The notes under the pieces were generated by a model, which did no database searches, was not told the origin of the DNA, and saw only the letters and a program-made list of their open reading frames with translations. This document shows, in pieces, positions 7,499 through 16,185 of a stretch of 35,439 nt of DNA. Source of the stretch: Candidatus Undinarchaeota archaeon (GTDB lineage Archaea; Undinarchaeota; Undinarchaeia; Undinarchaeales; UBA543); contig CAZWSR010000007.1 in NCBI GenBank assembly GCA_964636545.1, forward strand, positions 10,170 through 45,608, in the 5' to 3' direction. The position numbers and the translations under genes are program-made. Position 1 is the stretch's first letter; the number at the start of each line of letters is the position of its first letter.

Positions 7499-8941
7499 TT
7501 ATCCTTTTATGCTTATGAGAGGTTTAACTTTAACAACTTTCTTCGCAATACCCGACTCATGCATCACATTTACAACTTCAGTAACGTCCTTGTAAGCACC
7601 AGGTGCTTCCTCAGAAACTCCAGCTTTTGAATGTCCTTTAATTATAATTCCTTTTTGTTCAAGTTCCTTGATAATTGTCTCGCCCCAGAACTGTTTTTTG
7701 GCCTGCACTCTGCTCATCACCCTTCCAGCTCCATGACAAGCACTTCCAAAAGTGTCATCCATTCCTTTTTGCGTTCCATGCAAAATATAAGAACAAGTTC
7801 CCATTGTTCCGCCAACTAGAACTGGCTGACCTACTGAGCGGTATTTCTCTGGAACTTCATCTCGTCCAGGTCCAAAAGCTCTAGTTGCTCCTTTTCTGTG
7901 AACAAGCAATTCTTTTCCATCATGTTTCTCCAGCTTGCAAGTATTATGACCAATTTCATAGAAAGTTTCAACATCTTCATCAGCTGTTCCGAAAACAGTA
8001 TTGAATCCTTTTCTTGTTAAATGCGCTAATGCCTGTCTGTTTGCAAATGCACAATTAATTCCCGCATTAACTGCACTGAAATATTTCTGTCCTTCCTCAC
8101 TTTGGAAAGGTGCGCACACAAGTTCTTTTTCCTTAATTGGGATATTGTATTTTCTGCTAGCTTTTTCCAATTCTACAATATAATCAGTTCCAATTTGATG
8201 TCCAAGCGCTCTGCTTCCGCAGTGAATTGAAACCAAAATCTGGTCTTTCTCCAGCCCATAAACTTTTGCAGCTTCTTCATCAAAAATTTCATCAACATAT
8301 TGCACTTCAAGATAATGATTTCCAGAGCCAAGTGTTCCAATCTGCTTAAACTGTCTCTGCTTAGCTGTTTTAGAAACATTTTCTGGACTTGCACCTGCTA
8401 CTTTTCCATTTTCTTCAATAAATTCAAGATCAGATTTGATTCCATAACCTTGTTCCATTGCAAATTCTGCACCTTTTACAAGAACTTCATCAATTTGTTC
8501 CTCTGTTAGTTTAATATCGCCAGTTGAACCAAGTCCAGCTGGAACACTTTGGAATAATGCTTCTGCCAATAGTTTCTTTTTCTGATTAACATCTTTTTTA
8601 GCAACAGTTGTTTTTAGTGTTCGTACTCCACAATTAATATCATAACCCACACCAGCAACACTAATCACCCCTTCTTTAACATCAAAAGAGCCTACTCCAC
8701 CAATTGGAAAACCATATCCTGGATGAATATCAGGCATTGCTAAACTAGCTTTCTGAATCCCTGGCAAACAAGCAACATTGTAAACCTGCTTGAGAGCATG
8801 CCATTCTTTTCCAGCTTTAACATCATCTTCAAGATGCTTGATTATTTCAGCATCTCCATAAATCCTACCTGGCACTAGCATGTCGCCATTCTTTGACATT
8901 TCCCAAATATGTTCTTCTGTTTTGTTTAATGTTAAATCCAT
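7499..8941 (-). CDS. rtcB: RNA-splicing ligase RtcB
   Basis: MPDIHPGYGFPIG, GYDINCG, GSGNHYLE, HCGSR, HRKGAT, HGAGR, EEAPGAYKD; start set at the ATG overlapping the archease stop (TAATG). Confidence 0.97.
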   Translation of the reverse strand: MDLTLNKTEEHIWEMSKNGDMLVPGRIYGDAEIIKHLEDDVKAGKEWHALKQVYNVACLPGIQKASLAMPDIHPGYGFPIGGVGSFDVKEGVISVAGVGYDINCGVRTLKTTVAKKDVNQKKKLLAEALFQSVPAGLGSTGDIKLTEEQIDEVLVKGAEFAMEQGYGIKSDLEFIEENGKVAGASPENVSKTAKQRQFKQIGTLGSGNHYLEVQYVDEIFDEEAAKVYGLEKDQILVSIHCGSRALGHQIGTDYIVELEKASRKYNIPIKEKELVCAPFQSEEGQKYFSAVNAGINCAFANRQALAHLTRKGFNTVFGTADEDVETFYEIGHNTCKLEKHDGKELLVHRKGATRAFGPGRDEVPEKYRSVGQPVLVGGTMGTCSYILHGTQKGMDDTFGSACHGAGRVMSRVQAKKQFWGETIIKELEQKGIIIKGHSKAGVSEEAPGAYKDVTEVVNVMHESGIAKKVVKVKPLISIKG

Positions 8942-9393
8942 TACACATCCACCACACATTGAATCTGATGTTTTTCATCTTCAAATTCATACTTAAGTCC
9001 ATGAAGAGTAGCTCCCTTCGCCTCGGTTTTGGTCTGGTGCTTTTCTTGATTAATTGTTTCTCCAAAAGCTTTTCCAGTTAATGTATATTTTTCAATCGGC
9101 GCCCCGGTGCCCCCGAGCTCCTGAGTCCCCTTTGTTATTTTCACTTCAAACTTAGCAAAAACCATTTCACTAATACTCATATCAGCAAGCAAGCGATTCA
9201 AAAATTCCACAAATAACATTTCAATTGAATCTGCTTCACAATGAACATCAACACTTTCAGTTGTCCCAACTTTTTCTAAATCAACCATAACACTAAACAT
9301 TGCCATAGCACCTTCTTGAAAAGCTTCCTCTAGAGTTGCGCCAATTCCTTTCACGCCAATATCTGCTTCATGCTCTAAAAGTTCGTATGTCAT
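8941..9393 (-). CDS. Archease (RtcB cofactor)
   Basis: YELLEHEADIG, KGATLHGL and C-terminal VVDV; adjacent to rtcB; start moved to MTYELL. Confidence 0.93.
   Translation of the reverse strand: MTYELLEHEADIGVKGIGATLEEAFQEGAMAMFSVMVDLEKVGTTESVDVHCEADSIEMLFVEFLNRLLADMSISEMVFAKFEVKITKGTQELGGTGAPIEKYTLTGKAFGETINQEKHQTKTEAKGATLHGLKYEFEDEKHQIQCVVDV
9097..9130. repeat. Family F GC-rich ~8-bp-periodic repeat, in frame in archease
   Basis: cggcgccc cggtgccc c cgagctcc tgagtccc, encoding GTQELGGTGAP. Confidence 0.7.
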
Positions 9394-9445
9394 GGCATTT
9401 TCTAGCATCTCAACCTTTAAATAACCTTTTTCCCTACCCAAAATT

Positions 9446-10675
9446 ATGGCCTTTTCAAATACAAATTATGTTAAGCTGAATTACAAACCCAAGCCAAGCG
9501 ATGTTATTTGTGATTTCACTGTCTCTGCTTCAAATATGCGTGAGGCAGCTGGACATCTTGCTGCAGAATCTTCAACAGGAACTTGGACTCAGCTTCATTC
9601 TGATCAGAAATCAATGTACAATCTTGGTGCAAGAGTATTCAAAATTGGAAAAAATACAGTTAAAATCGCATATCCTATTGATATTTTTGAAGCTGGAAGC
9701 ATCCCACAATTCCTAAGCGATGCAGCTGGCAATATTTTCGGAATGAAAGCAATTCGTGCTCTCCGTCTTGAAGACATTCATATTCCAAAAGCATATGCAC
9801 AAACATTCAAAGGTCCTGCATTTGGAATGAACGGGGTCCGTAAAATTTTCAGAACAGACAAAACCAAAAGGCCGCATACTGGTACAATTGTAAAACCAAA
9901 AGTTGGTTTAAACCCAAAACAAACAGCTCAATCTGCTTATGAGGCTTGGTCAGGTGGTCTTGATTTTGTAAAAGATGATGAAAATCTAACAGATCAGAAA
10001 TTCTGCAGATTTAATGACCGAATTCCACTTGTTTTAGATGCTTGCGATCGTGCTCAATCAGAAACTGGCGAGAAAAAAGTCTATGCTCCAAATATAACAG
10101 CTGTTGACATGGAAGAACGAGCCCAATATGTGAAAGATCATGGTGGAAAATGCATTATGATTGATATTTTGACAGTCGGATACGGTGCTCTTCAAAGAAT
10201 TCGCAATCAAAACTGTGGAATGTTTATTCACGCACACCGAGCAATGCATGCTGCAATCACCCGTTATTCAAAACACGGAATTTCAATGCTAGCTCTTGCC
10301 AAATTAGCTCGCCTTTCAGGTGTTGACCAGCTCCATATTGGAACTGGAGTTGGAAAAATGCAAGGACCATCCCAAGAAATCCAACAAATTCACAAAGCAA
10401 TGAATGAGCCACTACACGGATTAAAACCTGTGTTCTCTGTGTGCTCAGGCGGTCTGCATCCTGGAATGGTTCCAGCACTTGTGCGATTATATGGCAAGGA
10501 CATTGTAATCCAGTGTGGTGGCGGAGTTCATGGACATCCTGGTGGCACTCAGGTCGGGGGTACAGCACTCAGACAAGCAGTTGATGCAATAATGAAAAAA
10601 CAAACCCTCAAACAATACTCAAAAAAACACATAGAACTTGACACAGCAATTGGAAAATGGGGAGTTGTAAAATAA
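9446..10675 (+). CDS. rbcL: RuBisCO large subunit, form III
   Basis: AAESSTGTW, GTIVKPKVG, GGLDFVKDDE, HAHRAMH, LHIGTGVGKM, SGGLHPG, GGGVHGHP; catalytic set appears complete. Confidence 0.95.
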   Translation: MAFSNTNYVKLNYKPKPSDVICDFTVSASNMREAAGHLAAESSTGTWTQLHSDQKSMYNLGARVFKIGKNTVKIAYPIDIFEAGSIPQFLSDAAGNIFGMKAIRALRLEDIHIPKAYAQTFKGPAFGMNGVRKIFRTDKTKRPHTGTIVKPKVGLNPKQTAQSAYEAWSGGLDFVKDDENLTDQKFCRFNDRIPLVLDACDRAQSETGEKKVYAPNITAVDMEERAQYVKDHGGKCIMIDILTVGYGALQRIRNQNCGMFIHAHRAMHAAITRYSKHGISMLALAKLARLSGVDQLHIGTGVGKMQGPSQEIQQIHKAMNEPLHGLKPVFSVCSGGLHPGMVPALVRLYGKDIVIQCGGGVHGHPGGTQVGGTALRQAVDAIMKKQTLKQYSKKHIELDTAIGKWGVVK

Positions 10676-10709
10676 ACATTTAAATACCCCAATCTCATAT
10701 CTCATTAAC

Positions 10710-11024
10710 ATGGCAACTAAAGGTTCAAGAAGAGCTCCAATTAAGATCGTTGTACTTGACGTTCTAAAACCTCACAATCCTAGTATTGTTGAATTCGGTA
10801 AACTCGTGTGCAGAAATTCCTCTGTTCTCAGTGTTAACAACAGCGTATATGCTGTTGACACTAAGACCGAATCTATAAAAATGACTCTAGAAGGAAATGA
10901 TATCAACTTTGACGCTGTTAAAAAGATTATAGCTAATGCGGGGGCCGCTATTCACAGTGTTGACCGCGTTGTGCTTGGAAAAGAGAATATCCTCTCACTT
11001 GGTGAAGGTATTTCTAACAAGTAG
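10710..11024 (+). CDS. DUF211 family protein
   Basis: VVLDVLKPH and GAAIHSVDRV motifs; usual partner of the following membrane gene. Confidence 0.85.
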   Translation: MATKGSRRAPIKIVVLDVLKPHNPSIVEFGKLVCRNSSVLSVNNSVYAVDTKTESIKMTLEGNDINFDAVKKIIANAGAAIHSVDRVVLGKENILSLGEGISNK

Positions 11025-11031
11025 GTAAAAA

Positions 11032-11604
11032 ATGAAATTTTTAAAACGCATTCTCGGGAATGAAATAGTACGCCGTTATGTTATAATGAATTCATTTGAC
11101 GGAGCCCTGACAATGCTTGGTATAATTCTTGCTAATTTCTTTGCCGGAACCACAAATGTACAGCTTGTTATTCTTCCAAGTGTCGGTGCTGCAATTGCCT
11201 TATGCATTTCAGGGGTGTGGGGTGCCTATACTGCTGAGCTTTCAGAAGTAAAGCGCTCAATAAAGAAGCTGGAACAACACATGCTACGTAAAATGCACAA
11301 TACTCATTATGCTCGTAAAGAGAAACTTATGGCGTACACTATAGCAGTTGTGAATGGTCTTGTACCTTTATTCGTTGCTTTTATCCTTATTACGCCATTC
11401 TTTATTGTAAAACTGGGTTTCCTCACAACAGCCCACGCATATTATTATTCTCTAGGTGCTGTAATGGTCGCTCTTTTCGGTTTTGGAATGTTCGCAGGCA
11501 GGACTGCAAAGGAGAATTTGTATCTACATGGTGTAAAAATGATGTTCGCTGGCATCGTTATTGGTATTATTTTCTACTTATTGACACTTGTAGGTTTCAT
11601 CTAG
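11032..11604 (+). CDS. VIT1/CCC1-like membrane protein (TIGR00267-like)
   Basis: RRYVIMNSFDG, SGVWGAYTAE, about five TM segments. Confidence 0.85.
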   Translation: MKFLKRILGNEIVRRYVIMNSFDGALTMLGIILANFFAGTTNVQLVILPSVGAAIALCISGVWGAYTAELSEVKRSIKKLEQHMLRKMHNTHYARKEKLMAYTIAVVNGLVPLFVAFILITPFFIVKLGFLTTAHAYYYSLGAVMVALFGFGMFAGRTAKENLYLHGVKMMFAGIVIGIIFYLLTLVGFI

Positions 11605-11667
11605 CAAATCATTAACCTTTAAATACTCGTGAGTACTATAGATAGGTCTAGGGGAGAATGGATAATA

Positions 11668-12516
11668 ATGAATCAGTTTATTAGGAGAATTAAGGGAGTA
11701 TTTAACAGGCTCTTTGGTAAAAAACGTGACATTCGTCTCGGAATTTACGGGGAGCCCAACACAGGAAAGACAACTTTGGCGAACAAGATCTCAATGGATT
11801 GGTTAGGCGAGCCTGTCGGTGTTGTATCTGAGATGCCTCACACAACTAGAATGATCCAGAAAAAGGAAAAAGTTGAGGTAAAATCAGGAAATAAAACACT
11901 TAGCATGAACTTGCTGGACATGCCAGGTCTTGCAACTCAGGTTGATTACAAACAATTCTTGAAATTCAAGCGTTTGCCGACAAGTCCTGTTTCTGGTGTG
12001 GCATTTTCTGATTTAACACTTGCACATCTTAAGAAAATTGCAAAAAACAAGGAACTTAAATTCACTAAAAGTACCAAGAAGCCAGCACTTATTAAGAAAG
12101 TCAAACTAGCAGTTAAAGAGTCTACTCTTACTGCTCTTACAAAGGAACTGAACATAAAAGTCAAGAAAAAGAAAATATCTGGAAAATACAGGAAACTCGA
12201 AGCCAAATCTCTAGCAGAAGAAGCCACAAAAGCAATTATTGAAGCAATAAAATGGCTAGATAATGTGGACAATGTTATTGTTATGATGGATTCAACAAAA
12301 GACCCGCTAACGCAGGTCAACATCATGTTGCTTGGCAATTTAGAAGCAAAAGGGATCCCTGTAGTGATATGCGCAAACAAGACAGACATGGCGACTGCAA
12401 AACCTTCAGCAATCAGTGATGCGTTCCCGCAACACCCTGTTGTTGAAATATCAGCTCTCAAGGGCACAAACCTTGACGAGCTTTACAGCACAATTGCTAA
12501 ACAGGTGGGGGTGTAA
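11668..12516 (+). CDS. oapA: Era-like small GTPase (OapA-type) with a Lys-rich insertion
   Basis: G1 GEPNTGKT, G2 PHTTR, G3 DMPG, G4 NKTD, G5 ISA; followed by DUF2073 and Zn-ribbon genes. Confidence 0.88.
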   Translation: MNQFIRRIKGVFNRLFGKKRDIRLGIYGEPNTGKTTLANKISMDWLGEPVGVVSEMPHTTRMIQKKEKVEVKSGNKTLSMNLLDMPGLATQVDYKQFLKFKRLPTSPVSGVAFSDLTLAHLKKIAKNKELKFTKSTKKPALIKKVKLAVKESTLTALTKELNIKVKKKKISGKYRKLEAKSLAEEATKAIIEAIKWLDNVDNVIVMMDSTKDPLTQVNIMLLGNLEAKGIPVVICANKTDMATAKPSAISDAFPQHPVVEISALKGTNLDELYSTIAKQVGV

Positions 12517-12517
12517 A

Positions 12518-13000
12518 ATGGTTAAAAAGAAAGCAAAACTCAAATCCAAACCAAAAGCAAAGTCAAAACCTAAATCACTGCCCAAAGCCAAATCAAAAAA
12601 GAAATCTACATCAAAACCACGCCGCTCTTCTGACTTGAACATGGATTTCATGTCAATGAAAAACCTGTCTGGGCTGTCTGTTGAAAAGCGTATTAATGCA
12701 ATTCTCGATAAAGTAAAAGAAGGTCACATTGTTGTTATTGACCAGGCATTGAATGCAGATGAGGAAGCAAAACTTGTTACTGCTACAATGCACGGCATAA
12801 AAGAAGAATTCACAGGCATTGAATTCTGCACACTTGAAAAATCAAATACTATGTGGTACAACATGGTTTTGCGTGTAATGTCCTCTGTTCTCAGAATGGA
12901 TATTTCTCGCCCTGGACTGACATTTGTTGGCCCATCATATCTAATTAAAAAAATAAAGCGCGATCCTGATGCGTTTTATGTATCAACAGGGGGTCAATAA
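12518..13000 (+). CDS. oapB: DUF2073 / OapB-type protein with a Lys-rich N-terminus
   Basis: ILDKVKEGHIVV, EEAKLVTATM, FTGIE, GLTFVGP, IKRDPD. Confidence 0.85.
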   Translation: MVKKKAKLKSKPKAKSKPKSLPKAKSKKKSTSKPRRSSDLNMDFMSMKNLSGLSVEKRINAILDKVKEGHIVVIDQALNADEEAKLVTATMHGIKEEFTGIEFCTLEKSNTMWYNMVLRVMSSVLRMDISRPGLTFVGPSYLIKKIKRDPDAFYVSTGGQ

Positions 13001-13006
13001 AGACTT

Positions 13007-13471
13007 ATGCACCAGTGTCTCAAGTGTAAGAAATATTACGAAGATGATGAGGTTCCTATACTTGATGGGTGTACTTGTGGAGCTCGTATATTTTTATTTG
13101 TGAAACAGCAGGCTGATGTTGAGCGTGCTGACAAAGTTTTCACGCAGATTGAAGCAAAAATAAAGGAAATTGAACAGGAACAAATAGAAGAAGAGAAACT
13201 TGAGGGACAGAAGGACTTGCTTACAAGTCCTGAAGATTATGAAACAGAAACTGTTCCAGGTAAATATGCTAAAGCTCGAAAATCCGTAAAAGATGAAAAA
13301 TCCAAATTCGGAATTGAAACAATAAAAGTCAAAGACATTGGTATTTATGAAATCAATCTAGATGCACTAATGAAAGGTCGTCCTGTCGTTGTTCTTTCAA
13401 AAGGTGGCTCATACATCATTAGTCTTCCTTCGGTTTTTGGAAAAGATAGTGAGGTTGTATTAAACAATTAA
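13007..13471 (+). CDS. oapC: Zn-ribbon protein, OapC-type (COG3364-like)
   Basis: HQCLKC...ILDGCTCG...FLF, and IETIKVKDIGIYEINL...GSYII. Confidence 0.85.
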   Translation: MHQCLKCKKYYEDDEVPILDGCTCGARIFLFVKQQADVERADKVFTQIEAKIKEIEQEQIEEEKLEGQKDLLTSPEDYETETVPGKYAKARKSVKDEKSKFGIETIKVKDIGIYEINLDALMKGRPVVVLSKGGSYIISLPSVFGKDSEVVLNN

Positions 13472-13864
13472 ATGGACTTAGTAATAAACAAAAAAGAGGA
13501 ATTTATCACTCTACTTGACAAATTTGACAAGAAAGCCAAGCACCTGCATACTGGTTTGTGGACTGAGAAGGTTGTTTTAATTGATGAGCACTCCACTTTC
13601 ATACGATTACAGCATTCTTCTTTTGCTGAAAGCATTCCGCTCTTGAACAAGAGCAAAATCAGTTATCCACTTATTCTAACTGCTGAAACTCCCAAGGATT
13701 TTTTAAATCTCGATATTAAAATTACAAAATCACGCGATGGTTCTTATGTTATTGATTTCCAACCAACTCCAATGCGTCCTGTGAAAGATTTCTTAATACG
13801 TGAATATGAAATGCATTTGGGTAAATTTCTTGATACATTGACAAAGGGTATTAAAAAGAAATAA
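13472..13864 (+). CDS. Hypothetical protein, last gene of the oap operon
   Basis: 130-aa ORF starting immediately after the oapC stop. Confidence 0.7.
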   Translation: MDLVINKKEEFITLLDKFDKKAKHLHTGLWTEKVVLIDEHSTFIRLQHSSFAESIPLLNKSKISYPLILTAETPKDFLNLDIKITKSRDGSYVIDFQPTPMRPVKDFLIREYEMHLGKFLDTLTKGIKKK

Positions 13865-14016
13865 GCGCCGGGAGCGGCAAAGGACACGCGATGCGCCCTG
13901 AGGGAGGTGGGAGAATGGCATTTTAGAACATAGAGTTCTTTATGCCGCTTCCAGGCAAATGTATGTTTTTAAGTAAGGACGATCACGGCTGGTGTTTAAG
14001 CAACCGCGTCGTTTTT
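13865..14016 (+). ncRNA. Candidate structured RNA / 3' UTR element with a terminator-like hairpin
   Basis: GC-rich intergenic stretch; 13867-13885 pairs with 13935-13956; second hairpin 13978-14010 followed by a T-tract. Confidence 0.4.
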
Positions 14017-14023
14017 GTTAATC

Positions 14024-14695
14024 TTACCGTTTTCTTCTTCGAGTTTCTGCTTTTGTAATCTCTTTATGTACGTCCAACAGGTACTTCTTCGCGATCGTTC
14101 CGATCGTTTCCTTAGCGCCTAGTCCAACTGCAATAGCTCCACCGAGGCAACCAGCGCCCACTAGCATCAGTAAAATACTGTTGACAAGTGTTGCGTTAAT
14201 CCCCACATTAGGCAGTGCCAATGCAATGGCCAGGTAAAGGATGAAGAAGAAGAATACCTTACTGGAAATACCAGAGTAAGCTACTTCCGAATCCCGAACC
14301 AGTCCCTCGACATATCTAGCAAGTGCGTAGCCAACTCCGACAATTATTATGGCCTCAATCACACCAGGCAAGAATGCTATAATCTCGCCCAAGAAGGTTG
14401 AGATTATCGGTATTGCCAACGTGTGTGCAGCTTGCTGGAGGAACACTAGATAAATAACCCACTTCAAAATCACTGCAAAGATGTGGCTTAGTTTTATCTC
14501 TGTTCGTTTGGATCGAACGTATTGGTCAACTCTGGCTTTCAGCAATATTTCCTCTATTGCAGCACCAATTAGTTTTCCGATAATGAAACCAACGATTACT
14601 ATAATAATCGCGGCCACTGCTTTCGGAACAAGTCCAATTGTTGCTTGCGCAAGCGGAGCCATTGCATAGTACAGAGACTGAGCAAATCCAGCCAT
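14024..14695 (-). CDS. Membrane protein with repeated conserved TM helices (CmpX/TM_helix-like)
   Basis: Two repeats of P..AAIII..G..I; C-terminal AIAVGLG. Confidence 0.8.
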   Translation of the reverse strand: MAGFAQSLYYAMAPLAQATIGLVPKAVAAIIIVIVGFIIGKLIGAAIEEILLKARVDQYVRSKRTEIKLSHIFAVILKWVIYLVFLQQAAHTLAIPIISTFLGEIIAFLPGVIEAIIIVGVGYALARYVEGLVRDSEVAYSGISSKVFFFFILYLAIALALPNVGINATLVNSILLMLVGAGCLGGAIAVGLGAKETIGTIAKKYLLDVHKEITKAETRRRKR

Positions 14696-14698
14696 TTT

Positions 14699-14902
14699 TT
14701 ATCTCCTCCAATAGTGAACCTTTACAGGTCCTATTTGTTTGACCCCAATTTTCCCCGCCCCAACCAACATACCTAGATAACCGTTAGTCCGGTATCTCGA
14801 TATATTGAACTGCTCTGCTACATCTTGTATTGACACTTGCTCTTGGGTGTGGATGAAATCCTCAACCCTTTTGACGAGGTCTGTTGTGGTCTCATTTGAC
14901 AT
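14699..14902 (-). CDS. Small winged-helix DNA-binding protein
   Basis: VSIQDVAEQFNISRYRTNGYLGMLVGAGKI...GPVKVHY wHTH pattern; start MSNETT has an SD-like ggagaagtga. Confidence 0.8.
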   Translation of the reverse strand: MSNETTTDLVKRVEDFIHTQEQVSIQDVAEQFNISRYRTNGYLGMLVGAGKIGVKQIGPVKVHYWRR

Positions 14903-14905
14903 TTC

Positions 14906-15057
14906 GTCACTTCTCCGTAACATCTCTGTCTTTATAAGTGTAACGGTCTTGTCACTTTGTCGTTATTGACCAGTTACAAATATAATAACACTAATGTTAC
15001 TAATTTGTAACATACTAATAACACATATATAAACCTTTCTGTAACACCTTTGTTAAC
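14906..15057. promoter_or_regulatory. ~11.2-bp-phased GTNAC array overlapping a minus-strand BRE/TATA (aaggtttatata, 15026-15037)
   Basis: Motifs start at 14906, 14917, 14940, 14951, 14962, 14973, 14985, 14996, 15007, 15018, 15041, 15052. Confidence 0.7.
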
Positions 15058-15100
15058 AGTGATGTAAAACTGATAGTAAGCGACTTACTTTTCAAAACCT

Positions 15101-15535
15101 TTAATTCACAAGCTCACTTTCTTCAAAAAATATTCCAATTTCACGAGTAGCACTTTCGGGTGAGTCAGAAGCATGGATCATATTTCTTGGCAATTCTTGT
15201 TCTTTAGCTAAATCGCCCCTAATAGTTCCTGCCTCAGCATTTGCTGGATTTGTTGCTCCAATAACTTCTCTTAGTTTCAAAATTGCATTATCACGTTTCA
15301 AAACCATCAAGAATGCTGGACCTTCCAAAGCAAAATCAACTAATCCTTGATAAAATTCTTTTTCTTTGTGCTCAATATAAAGTTCTTCTGCTTGTTCTCT
15401 TGCAACATTAACAAGTTTTCCAGCAGATAAAGTAAAACCAGCATCTGCAAGTCGTTTTAGAATCTCGCCAATCAAGTTCTTACTAACTGCATCTGGCTTT
15501 ATCATTGAAAAAGTTTTTTGAATAGTTTCTTCCAT
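15101..15535 (-). CDS. ndk: Nucleoside diphosphate kinase
   Basis: TFSMIKPDAV, GTIRGD, NMIHASDS. Confidence 0.97.
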   Translation of the reverse strand: MEETIQKTFSMIKPDAVSKNLIGEILKRLADAGFTLSAGKLVNVAREQAEELYIEHKEKEFYQGLVDFALEGPAFLMVLKRDNAILKLREVIGATNPANAEAGTIRGDLAKEQELPRNMIHASDSPESATREIGIFFEESELVN

Positions 15536-15901
15536 TTATTTTTTATCCTCTTTAGGCTTTTCTTCTTTTGCAGGCTTTTCTTCTTTCTTTTCTGGTTTTC
15601 CAGCTTTCTCGTCCTTTACTTCTTTATCTTCTTTGAATGTTGGTGTTTTTGGCTTTCCTGCTTCTGCTTCTTTCTTTTCAGCATCTGCTTGCACATCTTT
15701 GAGCTCTTCAGCTTTTGTTAATTTACCTTTGAACTTTTTGTATGCTTTTGTCCAAGGTGTTTTAATTGGACTGCGACCAAGTTTCTGATTCTTTTCACAT
15801 TTGCTTGAACAAAACCATAAAAGTGCACCGTCTTTTCTAACAAAAACCTTTCCAGTGCCTCTTTCAAGTGCTTCACCACAAAATGTGCATTTTTCCGCCA
15901 T
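15536..15901 (-). CDS. rpl24e: 50S ribosomal protein L24e
   Basis: CTFCG...GTG...FCSSKC...WT; K/E-rich tail. Confidence 0.95.
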   Translation of the reverse strand: MAEKCTFCGEALERGTGKVFVRKDGALLWFCSSKCEKNQKLGRSPIKTPWTKAYKKFKGKLTKAEELKDVQADAEKKEAEAGKPKTPTFKEDKEVKDEKAGKPEKKEEKPAKEEKPKEDKK

Positions 15902-15903
15902 TT

Positions 15904-16179
15904 TTATACCTGCCTTATTTCAGCTGCCTCAACAGCTGTTTGTTTAAGCATTAAGATGTCACCAAGTCTGATTGGGCCTTTTATGTTTCTTCGCATAACA
16001 CGACCAGTTTCTCGTCCTTCAAGAAGTTCACATCTTACCTGGGTGATTTCCCCAGTTGCACCAGTTCTCCTAATTATCTCTATAACTTTAGCTGGAGTGG
16101 ACTGTTGTGTAACATCTTGCTTAACTTCGCCCTTAGCTTCTTTCTTTACTTCTTTCAGATTTGGATTAGTCTTGGCCAT
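15904..16179 (-). CDS. rps28e: 30S ribosomal protein S28e
   Basis: [12 protein letters not shown]...QVRC...[13 protein letters not shown]; N-terminal extension. Confidence 0.95.
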   Translation of the reverse strand: MAKTNPNLKEVKKEAKGEVKQDVTQQSTPAKVIEIIRRTGATGEITQVRCELLEGRETGRVMRRNIKGPIRLGDILMLKQTAVEAAEIRQV

Positions 16180-16185
16180 TGGCCT

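Noticed and set aside
7316-7564. Diversity-generating retroelement TR/VR pair
   Set aside because: Differences are not restricted to adenines in either copy and are mostly synonymous, and no reverse transcriptase is in the window.
7374-7595. 73-aa + strand ORF, or read-through from rtcB into the in-frame duplicate tail
   Set aside because: The ORF spans the hairpin insert and antisense rtcB, and a further in-frame TGA at 7472-7474 blocks read-through.
11605-15100. Canonical cdc6/ORB replication origin next to oapABC
   Set aside because: There is no cdc6/orc1 gene and I see no ORB-type boxes with G-strings; the GTNAC array is reported separately.
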